DNA of 64,000 nucleotides from Actinomycetes bacterium (GTDB lineage Bacteria; Actinomycetota; Acidimicrobiia; Acidimicrobiales; RAAP-2), in contig JAJZUS010000001.1 in NCBI GenBank assembly GCA_021848365.1, positions 540,608 through 604,607 on the forward strand, given 5' to 3'. Shown in pieces: positions 50,294 to 62,587 of the stretch (the first letter of the stretch is position 1; each line of letters begins with the position of its first letter). The notes below the pieces were generated by a model. That model saw only the letters and a program-made list of their open reading frames with translations. It had not been told where the DNA came from and searched no databases. Position numbers and translations under genes: made by a program.

Positions 50294-50926
50294 ATGTCCT
50301 CCTTCGTCCAGCACTACGGCTACCTCGCGCTCTTCCTGCTCGCGATCGCCGAGTCCGCCCTCGTGCCGATCCCCTCGGAGGTCACCTTCGGCTTCGCCGG
50401 GGCCCTCACCACCGCCGCCGTCACCGGCCACGCCCAGTTCTCCGTGCTGGGGGTCGTCCTCGTGGGGGTGGTCGGGTCCCTCATCGGGTCGGTCGTCGCC
50501 TACGAGGTCGGACGCACGCTCGGACGGACCCTCGTCGACCGCTACGGCAAGTGGATCCTGCTGACGCACCACGACCTCGACGTCGCCGAGCACTGGTTCT
50601 CTCGCTACGGCAACGCGTCGGTCCTCATCGGCCGGGTCCTGCCGGTGGTGCGCACCGTGATCTCCCTGCCCGCCGGCGTCGCCGAGATGCGCCGGGGTCC
50701 CTTCGTCGTCCTCACGGTCATCGGCTCGGCCGTCTGGGTGGCGCTGCTGACCCTGCTCGGCCACGCCGCGGGGGCCAACTGGACCCGGGTGAGCCACGAC
50801 ATCCACCTGGCCCAGAACCCGATGATCGCGATCATCGTGATCCTGCTCGTCTGGGGATTCGTCCTGCGGGTCCGGGCGGTGCGTCGCCACAGCGGGCCGT
50901 CGACGCGGGGCAAGCACGCCCGCTGA
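50294..50926 (+). CDS. DedA family membrane protein
   Basis: IPSEVTFGFAG, WFSRYG, GRVLPVVRTVISLPAG. Confidence 0.93.
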   Translation: MSSFVQHYGYLALFLLAIAESALVPIPSEVTFGFAGALTTAAVTGHAQFSVLGVVLVGVVGSLIGSVVAYEVGRTLGRTLVDRYGKWILLTHHDLDVAEHWFSRYGNASVLIGRVLPVVRTVISLPAGVAEMRRGPFVVLTVIGSAVWVALLTLLGHAAGANWTRVSHDIHLAQNPMIAIIVILLVWGFVLRVRAVRRHSGPSTRGKHAR

Positions 50927-50940
50927 GGCGGCGCGCCGCC
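50927..50940. terminator. Short palindrome between convergent dedA and bcp
   Basis: GGCGGCGCGCCGCC, a perfect 14-bp palindrome. Confidence 0.35.
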
Positions 50941-50945
50941 CCGGG

Positions 50946-51410
50946 TCAGCCCTCGAGGGCGGCGCGCACCCGCGCCGCGTGGCCCTTCGCCTTCACCCCG
51001 TACCAGGCGTGCTCGATGCGTCCGGTCGGACCGATGACGAACGTGGAGCGGATCACCCCGACGACGGTCTTGCCGTAGAGGGACTTCTCGCCGTAGGCGC
51101 CGTAGGCCGCCATGACGGTGTGATCGGGGTCGCTCAGGAGGGGGAACCCCAGCCCGTGGCGCTCGCGGAAGGTCTGGTGCGTCGCCGCGCCGTCGGGTGA
51201 GACGCCGACGACCGCCGCGCCGAGGCCCTCCAAGGTCGCGAGCTCGTCGTTGAAGTCGCAGGCCTCGATGGTGCAGCCGGGCGTGAGGTCGGCGGGGTAG
51301 AAGTAGAGGACGAGGCGCCGACCCCGGAAGTCGGCGAGCGCGACGGTCCGTCCGTCGGCGTCGGGCAGGCGGAAGGCGGGGGCGCGGTCCCCGGTCGTGA
51401 GTCTGGTCAT
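50946..51410 (-). CDS. bcp: Bcp peroxiredoxin
   Basis: YFYPADLTPGCTIEACDF, GVSPD, IRSTFVI. Confidence 0.94.
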   Translation of the reverse strand: MTRLTTGDRAPAFRLPDADGRTVALADFRGRRLVLYFYPADLTPGCTIEACDFNDELATLEGLGAAVVGVSPDGAATHQTFRERHGLGFPLLSDPDHTVMAAYGAYGEKSLYGKTVVGVIRSTFVIGPTGRIEHAWYGVKAKGHAARVRAALEG

Positions 51411-51520
51411 GCGGTCTCCTCTCCGGTGACCCGTAGACTAGGGGGCAGCCCCACTACGAGGGCGTGGGCCCATCCCCTGACGAGTTCGCCGGTTCCGGGT
51501 CCGACCGCAGAGGAACATCC

Positions 51521-52756
51521 GTGACCCAGATCCCGACCTCGGCTTCGGCCGACACGTACGCGACCAGCCAGACCTTCGTCGACCTCGGCGTCCACCCCGG
51601 TCTGGTCGCCGCGCTCGCCGCCCAGCACATCACCGCGGCCTTCCCGATCCAGGCCCTGACCATCGCCGACGCGCTCGCCGGGCGCGACGTGTGCGGCAAG
51701 GCGAAGACCGGCTCGGGCAAGACCCTGGGCTTCGGGCTGCCGATGCTCCAGCGCCTCGCGGCGACCGAGCGCCCCGCCGGAGCGGGCCCGGCCCGCCCCC
51801 GCGGACTCGTCCTGTTGCCCACGCGCGAGCTCGCCGTCCAGGTCCACCACGTCCTCGAGCCCCTCGGCGCCGCGATCGGACTCACGGTGACCGCCGTCTA
51901 CGGCGGGGCCGACATCGAGCGACAGATCAAGCACCTGCGCGAGGGCACCGACGTCGTCATCGCGACTCCGGGTCGGCTCATCGACCTCGGGGACCGCGGC
52001 GAGATCAGCGTCGCGTCGCTCGACGTGCTGGTGCTCGACGAGGCCGACCGGATGGCCGACATGGGCTTCATGCCCCAGGTGGAGTGGGTGCTGCGGCGCA
52101 TCGCCGAGCGACCCCACCAGACCCTCCTCTTCTCGGCGACCCTCGACGGCGCGATCGACCGACTGGTGAAGCGCTACCTGACCGACCCGGTCTTCCACGA
52201 GGTGGCGAGTGACACCCAGACCGTCTCGGCGATGGTCCACCACTTCCTCAACGTCCACCAGATGGACCGGGTGAAGGTCGCAGCCGCCATCTGCCGCGCC
52301 AACCGCAAGACGATCGTCTTCTGCCGCACGAAGCGCGGCGCCGACCGCCTGGTGGAGCAGTTGGAGAAGGAGGGCGTGCGCGCCGCCGCCATTCACGGCG
52401 ACCTGCGCCAGGGCCAGCGTGAGAAGGCCCTGGCCGACTTCACGGCCGAGAAGCTCCCGGTGCTCGTCGCGACCGACGTCGCCGCCCGCGGCCTGCACAT
52501 CGACGGGGTCGACTGCGTCATGCACTTCGACCCGCCCGAGGACCACAAGGCCTACGTCCACCGCTCCGGACGCACGGCCCGCGCCGGCTCGACCGGCGTG
52601 GTGGTGTCGCTCCTGCTCTGGAACCAGATCGTCGAGGCCCAGGTGGTCATGCGCCGCCTCGCCCTCAAGCGGCCCATCGTCGAGGTCTTCTCGAACAACC
52701 CCCACCTGGCGGACCTCGCCGCGTGGGAGCCGTCCCTGGAGGAGTCCGTCCTGTGA
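51521..52756 (+). CDS. DEAD-box RNA helicase
   Basis: Q motif, TGSGKT, PTRELA, TPGR, DEAD, SAT, ARGL, HRSGRTAR; start set at GTG 51521 after AGAGGA. Confidence 0.95.
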   Translation: MTQIPTSASADTYATSQTFVDLGVHPGLVAALAAQHITAAFPIQALTIADALAGRDVCGKAKTGSGKTLGFGLPMLQRLAATERPAGAGPARPRGLVLLPTRELAVQVHHVLEPLGAAIGLTVTAVYGGADIERQIKHLREGTDVVIATPGRLIDLGDRGEISVASLDVLVLDEADRMADMGFMPQVEWVLRRIAERPHQTLLFSATLDGAIDRLVKRYLTDPVFHEVASDTQTVSAMVHHFLNVHQMDRVKVAAAICRANRKTIVFCRTKRGADRLVEQLEKEGVRAAAIHGDLRQGQREKALADFTAEKLPVLVATDVAARGLHIDGVDCVMHFDPPEDHKAYVHRSGRTARAGSTGVVVSLLLWNQIVEAQVVMRRLALKRPIVEVFSNNPHLADLAAWEPSLEESVL

Positions 52757-53484
52757 CACTGCCCAAGTACCACCGCGACCGCGCGATCCGGCGGGCCCTC
52801 GTCGTGATGGCCCACCCCGACGACGTCGACTTCGGATCGGGGGGCACGATCGCCCGCCTGACCGACGACGGCGTCGACGTGCGCTACTGCCTCGTCACCT
52901 CGGGCGACGCCGGCGGCGACGCCTCGCGCGCGACGCCCGAGGAGCGCGCCGCCACGCGCGAGTCCGAGCAGCGCGGGGCCGCGAAGGTCCTCGGCGTGAG
53001 CGACCTCACCTTCCTCCACTACCCCGACGGCCGCGTCGAGGTCACCCTCGAGTTGCGTCGCGCCATCGCCCGCGAGATCCGTCGCCACCGACCGGACCTC
53101 GTGATCTGCCAGAGCCCGGAGCGCAACTACGACCGCGTCTTCGCGAGCCACCCCGACCACCTGGCGGCCGGCGAGGCGACGTTGCGCGCGGTCTACCCCG
53201 ACGCGCGCAATCCCCACGCCTTCCCCGAGCTCCTCGCCGAGGGCCTGCAGCCCCACGCGGTGTCCACGGTCTGGCTGGCGACGGCGGTCGAGCCCACCCT
53301 GGGCGTCGACGTGACGAAGACCTTCGACCGCAAGGTCGAGGCCCTGCGCCAGCACCGTAGCCAGGTCGGGGATCGCGACGACCTCGAGGCCTCGGTGCGC
53401 CAGTGGGGTCGCGTCGCCGCCAAGCGGGCCGGCTGGGCGAAGAAGCGCCTGGCCGAGACCTTCCGCGTCGTCACGACCGCGTAG
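52753..53484 (+). CDS. PIG-L/LmbE-family deacetylase
   Basis: MAHPDDVDFG, TSGDAG, RESEQ, HPDH; GTGA overlap with the helicase gene. Confidence 0.9.
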   Translation: MTLPKYHRDRAIRRALVVMAHPDDVDFGSGGTIARLTDDGVDVRYCLVTSGDAGGDASRATPEERAATRESEQRGAAKVLGVSDLTFLHYPDGRVEVTLELRRAIAREIRRHRPDLVICQSPERNYDRVFASHPDHLAAGEATLRAVYPDARNPHAFPELLAEGLQPHAVSTVWLATAVEPTLGVDVTKTFDRKVEALRQHRSQVGDRDDLEASVRQWGRVAAKRAGWAKKRLAETFRVVTTA

Positions 53485-53494
53485 GTCCCACCAA

Positions 53495-53579
53495 ACTCTC
53501 AGGCAGTCGGGAGCCCCCTCTGAGAGTGGCTCCGTAAGTTGCTCAGCGGATCGGGCGACCCTCGCCCGACTGAAGGGGA
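53495..53579 (+). promoter_or_regulatory. Structured leader/operator upstream of the secreted repeat protein
   Basis: Several complementary segments (see findings); TAAGTT at 53535-53540; AAGGGGA RBS at 53573-53579. Confidence 0.4.
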
Positions 53580-53586
53580 TCTCATC

Positions 53587-55158
53587 ATGACTGTTCGACG
53601 TCTGACCCGAGGTGCGTCACTCGGCGCCGCCCTGGTGCTCGGGGCCGGCTCGCTCGCCGGGGTTGCCGGCGCGGCCAGCGTCGCGCGCGCCGGCTCGACC
53701 ACCACCGTCACCGGGACCGTCGTCGCGACGAGTTCCGTGCGCGACACCATCGTGGTCGTGGACCGCGGGGCGCTCGCGACGCTGCGGGTCTCTCGGGCCG
53801 CCGCCCGCTCCCTCCGTCCCGGCGAGCGCGTCGTCGCCCGGGTCCGCGCCCTCGCCGACGGCACCGACGCCACGACCTCGCTGCGCACCGCCGGTCGCGG
53901 GGGACGCGTGAGCTTCCGCGCCGTCGTCGCCGCCCGGACCGCGGGCGGCGTCGTCGTCTCCGGCGGCGGCAGCAGCGTCCTCGTGCGCACCGGGGGTCGC
54001 CGCGCCCACGACGGGGCGACGACGGGCACCGTCGGCTCGGTCGTGAGCGTCTCGGCCGACCTCGGCGGCAACGGCCTCACGGCCACCTCGCTGTCGAGCA
54101 CCGGCGCGAGCGGCGTCGTGGAGCTCGAGGGCCTCGTCACCGGCCTCGCCAACGGGACCCTCTCCCTCACGCTCGAGGGCGGCGCGCCGGTCACGGTGAG
54201 CGTCGGAACCGTCACCCTGCCCACGACGCTCGCGACGGGGCAGTGGGTGGAGGCGATCACCTCGTACTCGAACGGCGCGTACTCGCTGCTCGCCCTCCAG
54301 GTGGACGGCGCGTCGGCCGGTCAGTCCGGTCTCGGACTGACCCAGGCCGGCACCTCGGCGACCGTGCGCCTCGAGGGCGTGGTGGTCGCGGCGTCCCCGA
54401 CGAGCATCACCGTCCAGCCCGGTGACGGGGCCGCCCCGGTGGTGGTGGCGATCCCGGCCACCCCGACGACGCCCGTTCCGACGGTGAGCGTCGGCGATCA
54501 CGTCCACGCGATCGTCACCTACGCGGCTCCGACGACGTCCGGGACACCCGCGCCCGGCACGACGAGCACGCCCTCGGCGACTCTCGTCTCGCTCTGGGTC
54601 GAGGGTGGCGCCCCGCCGAACGTGGTGACCGAGGTCGAGGGCGTCGTCGTCGCCTACCAGGGTGGCGTCCTCATGATCCAGCCGAACGAGTCACCGGTCG
54701 CCACCCCGGTCTCGATCACGGTCGGGGCGACCGGTCCCGTGCTGCCGACGACGATCGTCGGCGCCCGAGTCCACGCCCGCGCGACGATGGTGAATGGCGT
54801 CCTGACGCTCGTCTCCCTGCGGGTCCAGTCGCCCGAGGGTGACCACAACGGCCAGGGCAACAACGGCCAGGGCAACAACGGACAGGGCACCTACGGCCAG
54901 GGAGGAAGCGGGTCCGTCGGCGTGACGGCCCCCGTCGTCCACCTCGACGGCACGGTCGCCGCGGTCGTCGCCCCGACGACCGTCGGTGGGGCCGTCTCGT
55001 TGACGCTGCTGCCCGGCGACAACGCGCCGGCCGCCACCGTCAGCGTGCCGGCGAGCGCCCTCGGGACCCTCACGCTCGCCGTGGGGATGCACGTCTCGAT
55101 CACGGCGACCTCGACCGGCGGCGCACTCGTCGCCACGAGCGTCACGCTCAGCAACTGA
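53587..55158 (+). CDS. Secreted Thr/Val/Gly-rich protein with about five DUF5666-like OB-fold repeats
   Basis: Signal peptide MTVRRLTRGASLGAALVLGAGSLAGVAGAASVARA; repeats of (V/T)x(L/V)EGxV...(I/L)T(L/V)...(V/I)xV. Confidence 0.75.
   Translation: MTVRRLTRGASLGAALVLGAGSLAGVAGAASVARAGSTTTVTGTVVATSSVRDTIVVVDRGALATLRVSRAAARSLRPGERVVARVRALADGTDATTSLRTAGRGGRVSFRAVVAARTAGGVVVSGGGSSVLVRTGGRRAHDGATTGTVGSVVSVSADLGGNGLTATSLSSTGASGVVELEGLVTGLANGTLSLTLEGGAPVTVSVGTVTLPTTLATGQWVEAITSYSNGAYSLLALQVDGASAGQSGLGLTQAGTSATVRLEGVVVAASPTSITVQPGDGAAPVVVAIPATPTTPVPTVSVGDHVHAIVTYAAPTTSGTPAPGTTSTPSATLVSLWVEGGAPPNVVTEVEGVVVAYQGGVLMIQPNESPVATPVSITVGATGPVLPTTIVGARVHARATMVNGVLTLVSLRVQSPEGDHNGQGNNGQGNNGQGTYGQGGSGSVGVTAPVVHLDGTVAAVVAPTTVGGAVSLTLLPGDNAPAATVSVPASALGTLTLAVGMHVSITATSTGGALVATSVTLSN
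54847..54906 (+). repeat. 15-bp tandem repeat (about 4 copies) encoding NGQGN
   Basis: AACGGCCAGGGCAAC x2, AACGGACAGGGCACC, TACGGCCAGGGAGGA. Confidence 0.9.
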
Positions 55159-55170
55159 CGTACCGACTCG

Positions 55171-55206
55171 ACGCCCGCCGCCCCTCGAACGGGGGGCGGC
55201 GGGCGT
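55171..55206 (+). terminator. 14-bp stem hairpin after the secreted repeat protein
   Basis: ACGCCCGCCGCCCC-tcgaacgg-GGGGCGGCGGGCGT; no U-tract; abuts the sulP -10 box TAGGGT (55206-55211). Confidence 0.65.
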
Positions 55207-55217
55207 AGGGTGAGCCC

Positions 55218-56933
55218 ATGGCCCACCCGGTGCAGCGTCACCCGACCCCGCGCACCCCGGTCGCCCGCCGCCAGAGCCTGGGGGGACTCACCGACACCTT
55301 CCGGGGCGTGAGCCGCGACAACGTCGGCCGCGAGACGCTCGCGGGGATCACCCTCCTCGCCATCGCGATCCCCGAGCAGCTGGCGACCTCCCAGCTGGCG
55401 GGGGTGCCGGCCTTCCTCGCGATGATCGCCTTCATCGCCGCGACGCTGACGTTCGTCCTCGTCGGCTCGAACCCGATCGTCTCGGTCGGCGCCGACTCGA
55501 CGATCGCCCCGCTCTTCGCGATCGCCATCGCCCACCTCGCGGCGAGCGGGTCACCCGACTACCTCACCCTCGTCGCCGTGACGGCCGTCGTCGCCGGGCT
55601 GCTCGTCGGCGCCGTCGGGCTCCTGCGGCTCGGGTGGATGGCCGACTTCCTCTCGGCGCCGATCGTGAACGGCTTCCTCGCCGGGATCGCCGTCATCATC
55701 GTGGTGCACCAGCTCCCGAAGGCCCTCGGGGTCGCGGGGGGCGGGGAGTCGGTCGCCGCGCGACTGCACGCGATCGCCACCCAGTTGGGCGACGTGCGGC
55801 CGTGGGCCCTCGCGATCTCCCTGGGGACGGTCGTCGTCATGGTCGTGGGGGAGCGGCTCAACCCGCGGCTGCCGACGGCGCTCGTCGCGGTCGTGGGCGC
55901 GACCGCGCTCTCGGTCGTCCTGCACCTCACCCGTCACGGCGTCGCCTCCCTCGGCGCGGTCATCGTGGGAACGCCGGTCTGGCGACTGCGGTGGCTGAGC
56001 GTGGGCCAGTGGGGGTCGGTCGTCGTGACCTCGCTCACGATCGCGATCGTGATCATCAGTCAGAGCGCGATCACCTCGCGCGTCTCGGCCGACGAGATCG
56101 GCATCGCCGAGGACCTCGACCGGGACTTCGTGGGCGTCGGCGCGGCGAACGTGGTGGCCGGGCTGCTCGGGACCTTCCCCGTCGACGCGAGTCCCGCGCG
56201 GACCACGGTCACGCGGCTCGCCGGTGGGCGGACCAAGTTTCCGGGACTGGTCGCCGCGGTCGTGGCGCTCGCCCTCTCGCCGCTCGCCACCTACGCCCAC
56301 ACCATTCCGATGCCGGCCCTCGCCGGGGTCCTCTTCTTCATCGCCGGCCGCCTGGTGAAGACCGCCACCCTGCGGGCCATCTGGCGCTCGAGCCGGGCCG
56401 AGTTCGGGGTGGCCTGCGTGTCGCTCCTCGGCGTCGTCGTCCTCGGGGTCGAGGTCGGCCTCGCCGTGGCGGTCGGCCTCGCCATCGGGGTGCGCACGTG
56501 GCGCTCGGCCCGGCCCCGCATGGTGGCCCTCGGCCGGCGTCACGGCACCACCAGTTGGGAGCCCCTCGACCGGCCGTCGGTCGAGCCGGTCGACCACGTC
56601 CTCGCCGTGCTCTTCGACGAGACCCTCTACTTCGCGAACTCGGGGGTCTTTCGCCGCGAGCTCCACGACCTACTCGCAAAGTATCCCGACACCCGGGCCG
56701 TCGTCATCGACGCCGTCGCGATGGCCGACCTCGACTTCACGGGGCTCCAGGTGCTCACCGAGATCGTCGCCGACCTCGACGCCGAGGGGATCACGGTCGC
56801 CGTCGCGCGGGCCAACGCCGCGGTGCGCCACCAGCTGACCCACGCGCTCGACGAGCGAGTGCGCGCGATGCACCTCGCCGACAGCGTCGACGCCGCGGTG
56901 GAGCGGGCGCACCACCACCACCGCGGCGACTGA
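55218..56933 (+). CDS. SulP/SLC26 anion transporter with STAS domain
   Basis: LAGITL..IPEQLA, VGADST, NGFLAG, GTFPVDASPART, LYFANS, DLDFTG. Confidence 0.93.
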   Translation: MAHPVQRHPTPRTPVARRQSLGGLTDTFRGVSRDNVGRETLAGITLLAIAIPEQLATSQLAGVPAFLAMIAFIAATLTFVLVGSNPIVSVGADSTIAPLFAIAIAHLAASGSPDYLTLVAVTAVVAGLLVGAVGLLRLGWMADFLSAPIVNGFLAGIAVIIVVHQLPKALGVAGGGESVAARLHAIATQLGDVRPWALAISLGTVVVMVVGERLNPRLPTALVAVVGATALSVVLHLTRHGVASLGAVIVGTPVWRLRWLSVGQWGSVVVTSLTIAIVIISQSAITSRVSADEIGIAEDLDRDFVGVGAANVVAGLLGTFPVDASPARTTVTRLAGGRTKFPGLVAAVVALALSPLATYAHTIPMPALAGVLFFIAGRLVKTATLRAIWRSSRAEFGVACVSLLGVVVLGVEVGLAVAVGLAIGVRTWRSARPRMVALGRRHGTTSWEPLDRPSVEPVDHVLAVLFDETLYFANSGVFRRELHDLLAKYPDTRAVVIDAVAMADLDFTGLQVLTEIVADLDAEGITVAVARANAAVRHQLTHALDERVRAMHLADSVDAAVERAHHHHRGD

Positions 56934-56937
56934 CCGG

Positions 56938-59610
<2,673 letters not shown>

Positions 59611-59669
59611 CTGCCCATTCTGCCCCCAATCCGGGGCACCCGCCGGCGGGGTCGTGCGAGACTGGAGCG

Positions 59670-61382
59670 GTGACGAGCACCTACGACGAGCTGCTCTCGC
59701 GGCTCCGGGTCGGCTTCGACGCCGTCGCCCCGGGCGCCGATCCCGTGCTGCGCCCGAGCGAGCACGCCGACTACCAGGCGAACGGCGTGATGGCCGTGGC
59801 GAAGGCTCTGGGGCGTCCGCCGCGCGAGGTCGCGACCGAGGTTGTCGCGCACCTCGACCTCGGCGACCTCGCCGCCGTGGAGGTCGCCGGGCCGGGCTTC
59901 CTCAACCTGCGGCTCAGCGCCGACTATCTCAGTCGGCGCCTGCTCGCCCTGCTCGAGGACCCGACGCTCGGGATCGAGCGGGCGCGCGAGTCCCGGCGGG
60001 TGGTGATCGACTACTCGGCGCCGAACGTCGCGAAGGAGATGCACGTCGGTCACCTGCGCTCGACGGTGATCGGCGACGCCCTGGTGCGCCTGCACCGGCT
60101 CGTCGGCCACACGGTGATCGCGCGCAACCACGTCGGGGACTGGGGCACGCCCTTCGGGATGCTCATCGAGCACCTGCTCGAGCTGGGCGAGGACCGCGCG
60201 ATCGCCGAGCTCTCGATCGGCGACCTCAACGCCTTCTACCAGGGGGCCCGCGCCTCCTTCGACGCGGCGGAGGAGTTCCGCGAGCGCAGCCGGGCTCGCG
60301 TGGTGATGCTCCAGCGCGGCGACCCCGAGACCCGTCGACTGTGGCGGATCCTCGTCGACCAGTCGGTCGCCTACTTCAGCGAGGTCTACGCCAAGCTCGA
60401 CGTCCTGCTCTCGCCCGACGACGTCTGGGGCGAGTCGGCCTACAACGACTACCTCGAGGGCGTCGTCGCCGACCTCGACGCCCTCGGCCTGCTCGTCGAG
60501 AGCGACGGGGCCCGCTGCGTCTTCCCCGAGGGCTTCGTCGGCCGCGACGGGGAGCCCCAGCCCCTCATCGTGCAGAAGAACGACGGGGGCTTCGGCTACG
60601 CGGCGACCGACCTCGCGGCCGTGCGCGACCGGGTCTTCGGGCTCGAGGCCGACGAGATCCTCTACGTCGTGGGCACTCCGCAGGCCCAGCACTTCGCGAT
60701 GGTCTTCGCGGCCGCTCGCGAGGCCGGCTGGCTACCCGAGCGCGTGCACTGCGAGCACGTGGCCTTCGGTCACGTGCTCGGTCCCGATCGCAAGATGTTC
60801 AAGACCCGCAGCGGCGAGACGGTGAAGCTGGTCGCCCTCGTCGACGAGGCCGTCGAGCGGGCCGAGGCCGGCCTCGTCGAGCGGGGCGCCGACCTCACGC
60901 CCGACGAGCGCGGCGAGCTCGCCGGCCAGATCGCCCGCGCGGCGATCAAGTACGCCGACCTCTCGACCGAGCGCCAGCGCGACTACGTCTTCGACCTCGA
61001 CCGCATGCTCGCCTTCGAGGGGGACACCGGGCCGTACCTGCAGTACGCGCACGCTCGGCTGCGGTCGATCCTGCGTCGGGCGGGCGACGCGGCGGTCCCG
61101 GACCGCCTCGCCCTCGCGGAGCCCGCCGAGCGCGACCTCGCCCTCGGACTCCTCGCCCTGCCCGAGGCGGTCGCCTCGGCGCTCGAGGGGTCGGCCCCGC
61201 ACCGCCTCTGCACCCACCTCTTCGACTTCGCCCAGCGCCTGACCGCCTTCTACGAGGCCTGTCCGGTCCTCTCGGCCGAGGGCGAGGTGCGCGACGAGCG
61301 ACTGGCCCTCTGCCGCCTGGCCGCGAGGACCCTCGCCCTGGGGCTCGGCGCCCTCGGGATCGACGCCCCGGAAAGGATGTAG
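59670..61382 (+). CDS. argS: Arginyl-tRNA synthetase
   Basis: [67 protein letters not shown]. Confidence 0.97.
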   Translation: MTSTYDELLSRLRVGFDAVAPGADPVLRPSEHADYQANGVMAVAKALGRPPREVATEVVAHLDLGDLAAVEVAGPGFLNLRLSADYLSRRLLALLEDPTLGIERARESRRVVIDYSAPNVAKEMHVGHLRSTVIGDALVRLHRLVGHTVIARNHVGDWGTPFGMLIEHLLELGEDRAIAELSIGDLNAFYQGARASFDAAEEFRERSRARVVMLQRGDPETRRLWRILVDQSVAYFSEVYAKLDVLLSPDDVWGESAYNDYLEGVVADLDALGLLVESDGARCVFPEGFVGRDGEPQPLIVQKNDGGFGYAATDLAAVRDRVFGLEADEILYVVGTPQAQHFAMVFAAAREAGWLPERVHCEHVAFGHVLGPDRKMFKTRSGETVKLVALVDEAVERAEAGLVERGADLTPDERGELAGQIARAAIKYADLSTERQRDYVFDLDRMLAFEGDTGPYLQYAHARLRSILRRAGDAAVPDRLALAEPAERDLALGLLALPEAVASALEGSAPHRLCTHLFDFAQRLTAFYEACPVLSAEGEVRDERLALCRLAARTLALGLGALGIDAPERM

Positions 61383-61435
61383 CCGGCTCGGTAGAGTGAC
61401 GCCGAGCGCCCGCGGGGCGCGTCGAGGGGGGATCC

Positions 61436-62587
61436 ATGCAGGTACGCGCGTCCGTCGTCAGCGAGCTCCACGGGCCCTGGCGCACCGAGGTCATCGAGAT
61501 CGACGAGCCCCGAGCCCACGAGGTGCGGGTGCGCATGGCCTTCGCCGGGCTCTGTCACTCCGACGAGCACCTGCGCACCGGGGACATGGCCCAGGACCCC
61601 TCGATCCTCGAGATGATGACCGGTCGCCCGTCGATGTTCCCGATCATCGGGGGCCACGAGGGCGCGGGCTTCGTCGAGGAGGTCGGCCCCGGCGTCACGG
61701 GCCTCGCACCGGGCGACCACGTCGCGGTCTCCTTCGTGCCGAGCTGCGGGACCTGCCCGGCCTGCGCGTCGGGCCGCCAGTACCTGTGCGACCTCGCGGC
61801 GACCACGCTCGCCGGGCCGATGATCAGCGACGGGACCTGGCGTCACCACCTCGGCGAGACCCCCCTCAACCGCATGGCCCAGCTCGGGACTTTCGCCGAG
61901 CAGATCGTCGTCCACGAGGCCTCGCTCGTGAAGATCGACCCCTGGTACGACCTGCGCGCGGCGGCCCTCATCTCGTGCGGCATCTCGACGGGCTTCGGCT
62001 CGGCCGTCGACCGGGGCGCCGTGCGCCCGGGCGACGTCGTCGCCGTCATCGGCTGCGGGGGCGTCGGGTCGGGAGCCATCCAGGGGGCCCGTCACGCCGG
62101 GGCCCGGGCCGTCGTCGCGATCGACGTCGACGAGAGCAAGGTCGAGCGAGCGAAGGCCATCGGGGCGACGCACGGGTGCGCGAGCGCCCTCGACGCGGCC
62201 TTCACGATCCTCCCCGAACTCACCATGGGGCGCAACTGCGACGTCGTGATCGTGGCGACCGGCGTGCTCACGAGCGAGCTGGTCGAGCAGGCCCGCTCGA
62301 TCACCGCGAAGGGCGGTGCCGTCGTGGCGACGGCCATCGCCCCGTACCACCAGACGTCGGTGGACCTCAACCTCTTCATGTTCTCGATGTTCAACCAGGC
62401 ACTGCTCGGCACGGTCTTCGGCTCGGCGAACCCCCGGCACCAGATCGCGCGCCTGCTGCGCCTGCACCACGAGGGCCAACTGATGGTCGACGAGCTCATC
62501 ACGCGCGAGTACACGCTCGACGAGGTCCAGCGCGGCTACGACGACCTGGCCGAGGGCCGCAACATCCGCGGGGTGGTGCGCTTCTAG
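61436..62587 (+). CDS. Zn-dependent NDMA-type (nicotinoprotein) alcohol dehydrogenase, mycofactocin-associated family
   Basis: GLCHSDEHLRTGD, GGHEGAG, CGTCPAC..LCD, CGISTGFGSA, GCGGVG, GRNIRGV. Confidence 0.88.
   Translation: MQVRASVVSELHGPWRTEVIEIDEPRAHEVRVRMAFAGLCHSDEHLRTGDMAQDPSILEMMTGRPSMFPIIGGHEGAGFVEEVGPGVTGLAPGDHVAVSFVPSCGTCPACASGRQYLCDLAATTLAGPMISDGTWRHHLGETPLNRMAQLGTFAEQIVVHEASLVKIDPWYDLRAAALISCGISTGFGSAVDRGAVRPGDVVAVIGCGGVGSGAIQGARHAGARAVVAIDVDESKVERAKAIGATHGCASALDAAFTILPELTMGRNCDVVIVATGVLTSELVEQARSITAKGGAVVATAIAPYHQTSVDLNLFMFSMFNQALLGTVFGSANPRHQIARLLRLHHEGQLMVDELITREYTLDEVQRGYDDLAEGRNIRGVVRF

Noticed and set aside
53430-53586. Glycine riboswitch
   Set aside because: Only fragments match (AAACTCTCAGGC, CTCTGAGAG, ACTGAAGG). 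The 5' half would lie inside the upstream CDS, the second aptamer has no closing CTCTCAGG, and the downstream gene is unrelated to glycine.
54847-54906. CRISPR-like array
   Set aside because: Contiguous 15-bp in-frame coding repeats with no spacers and no cas genes. I saw no CRISPR array anywhere in the window.
56908-56933. HHHH tail on SulP as a metal-binding site
   Set aside because: Only four His at a flexible C-terminus; too little evidence for function.
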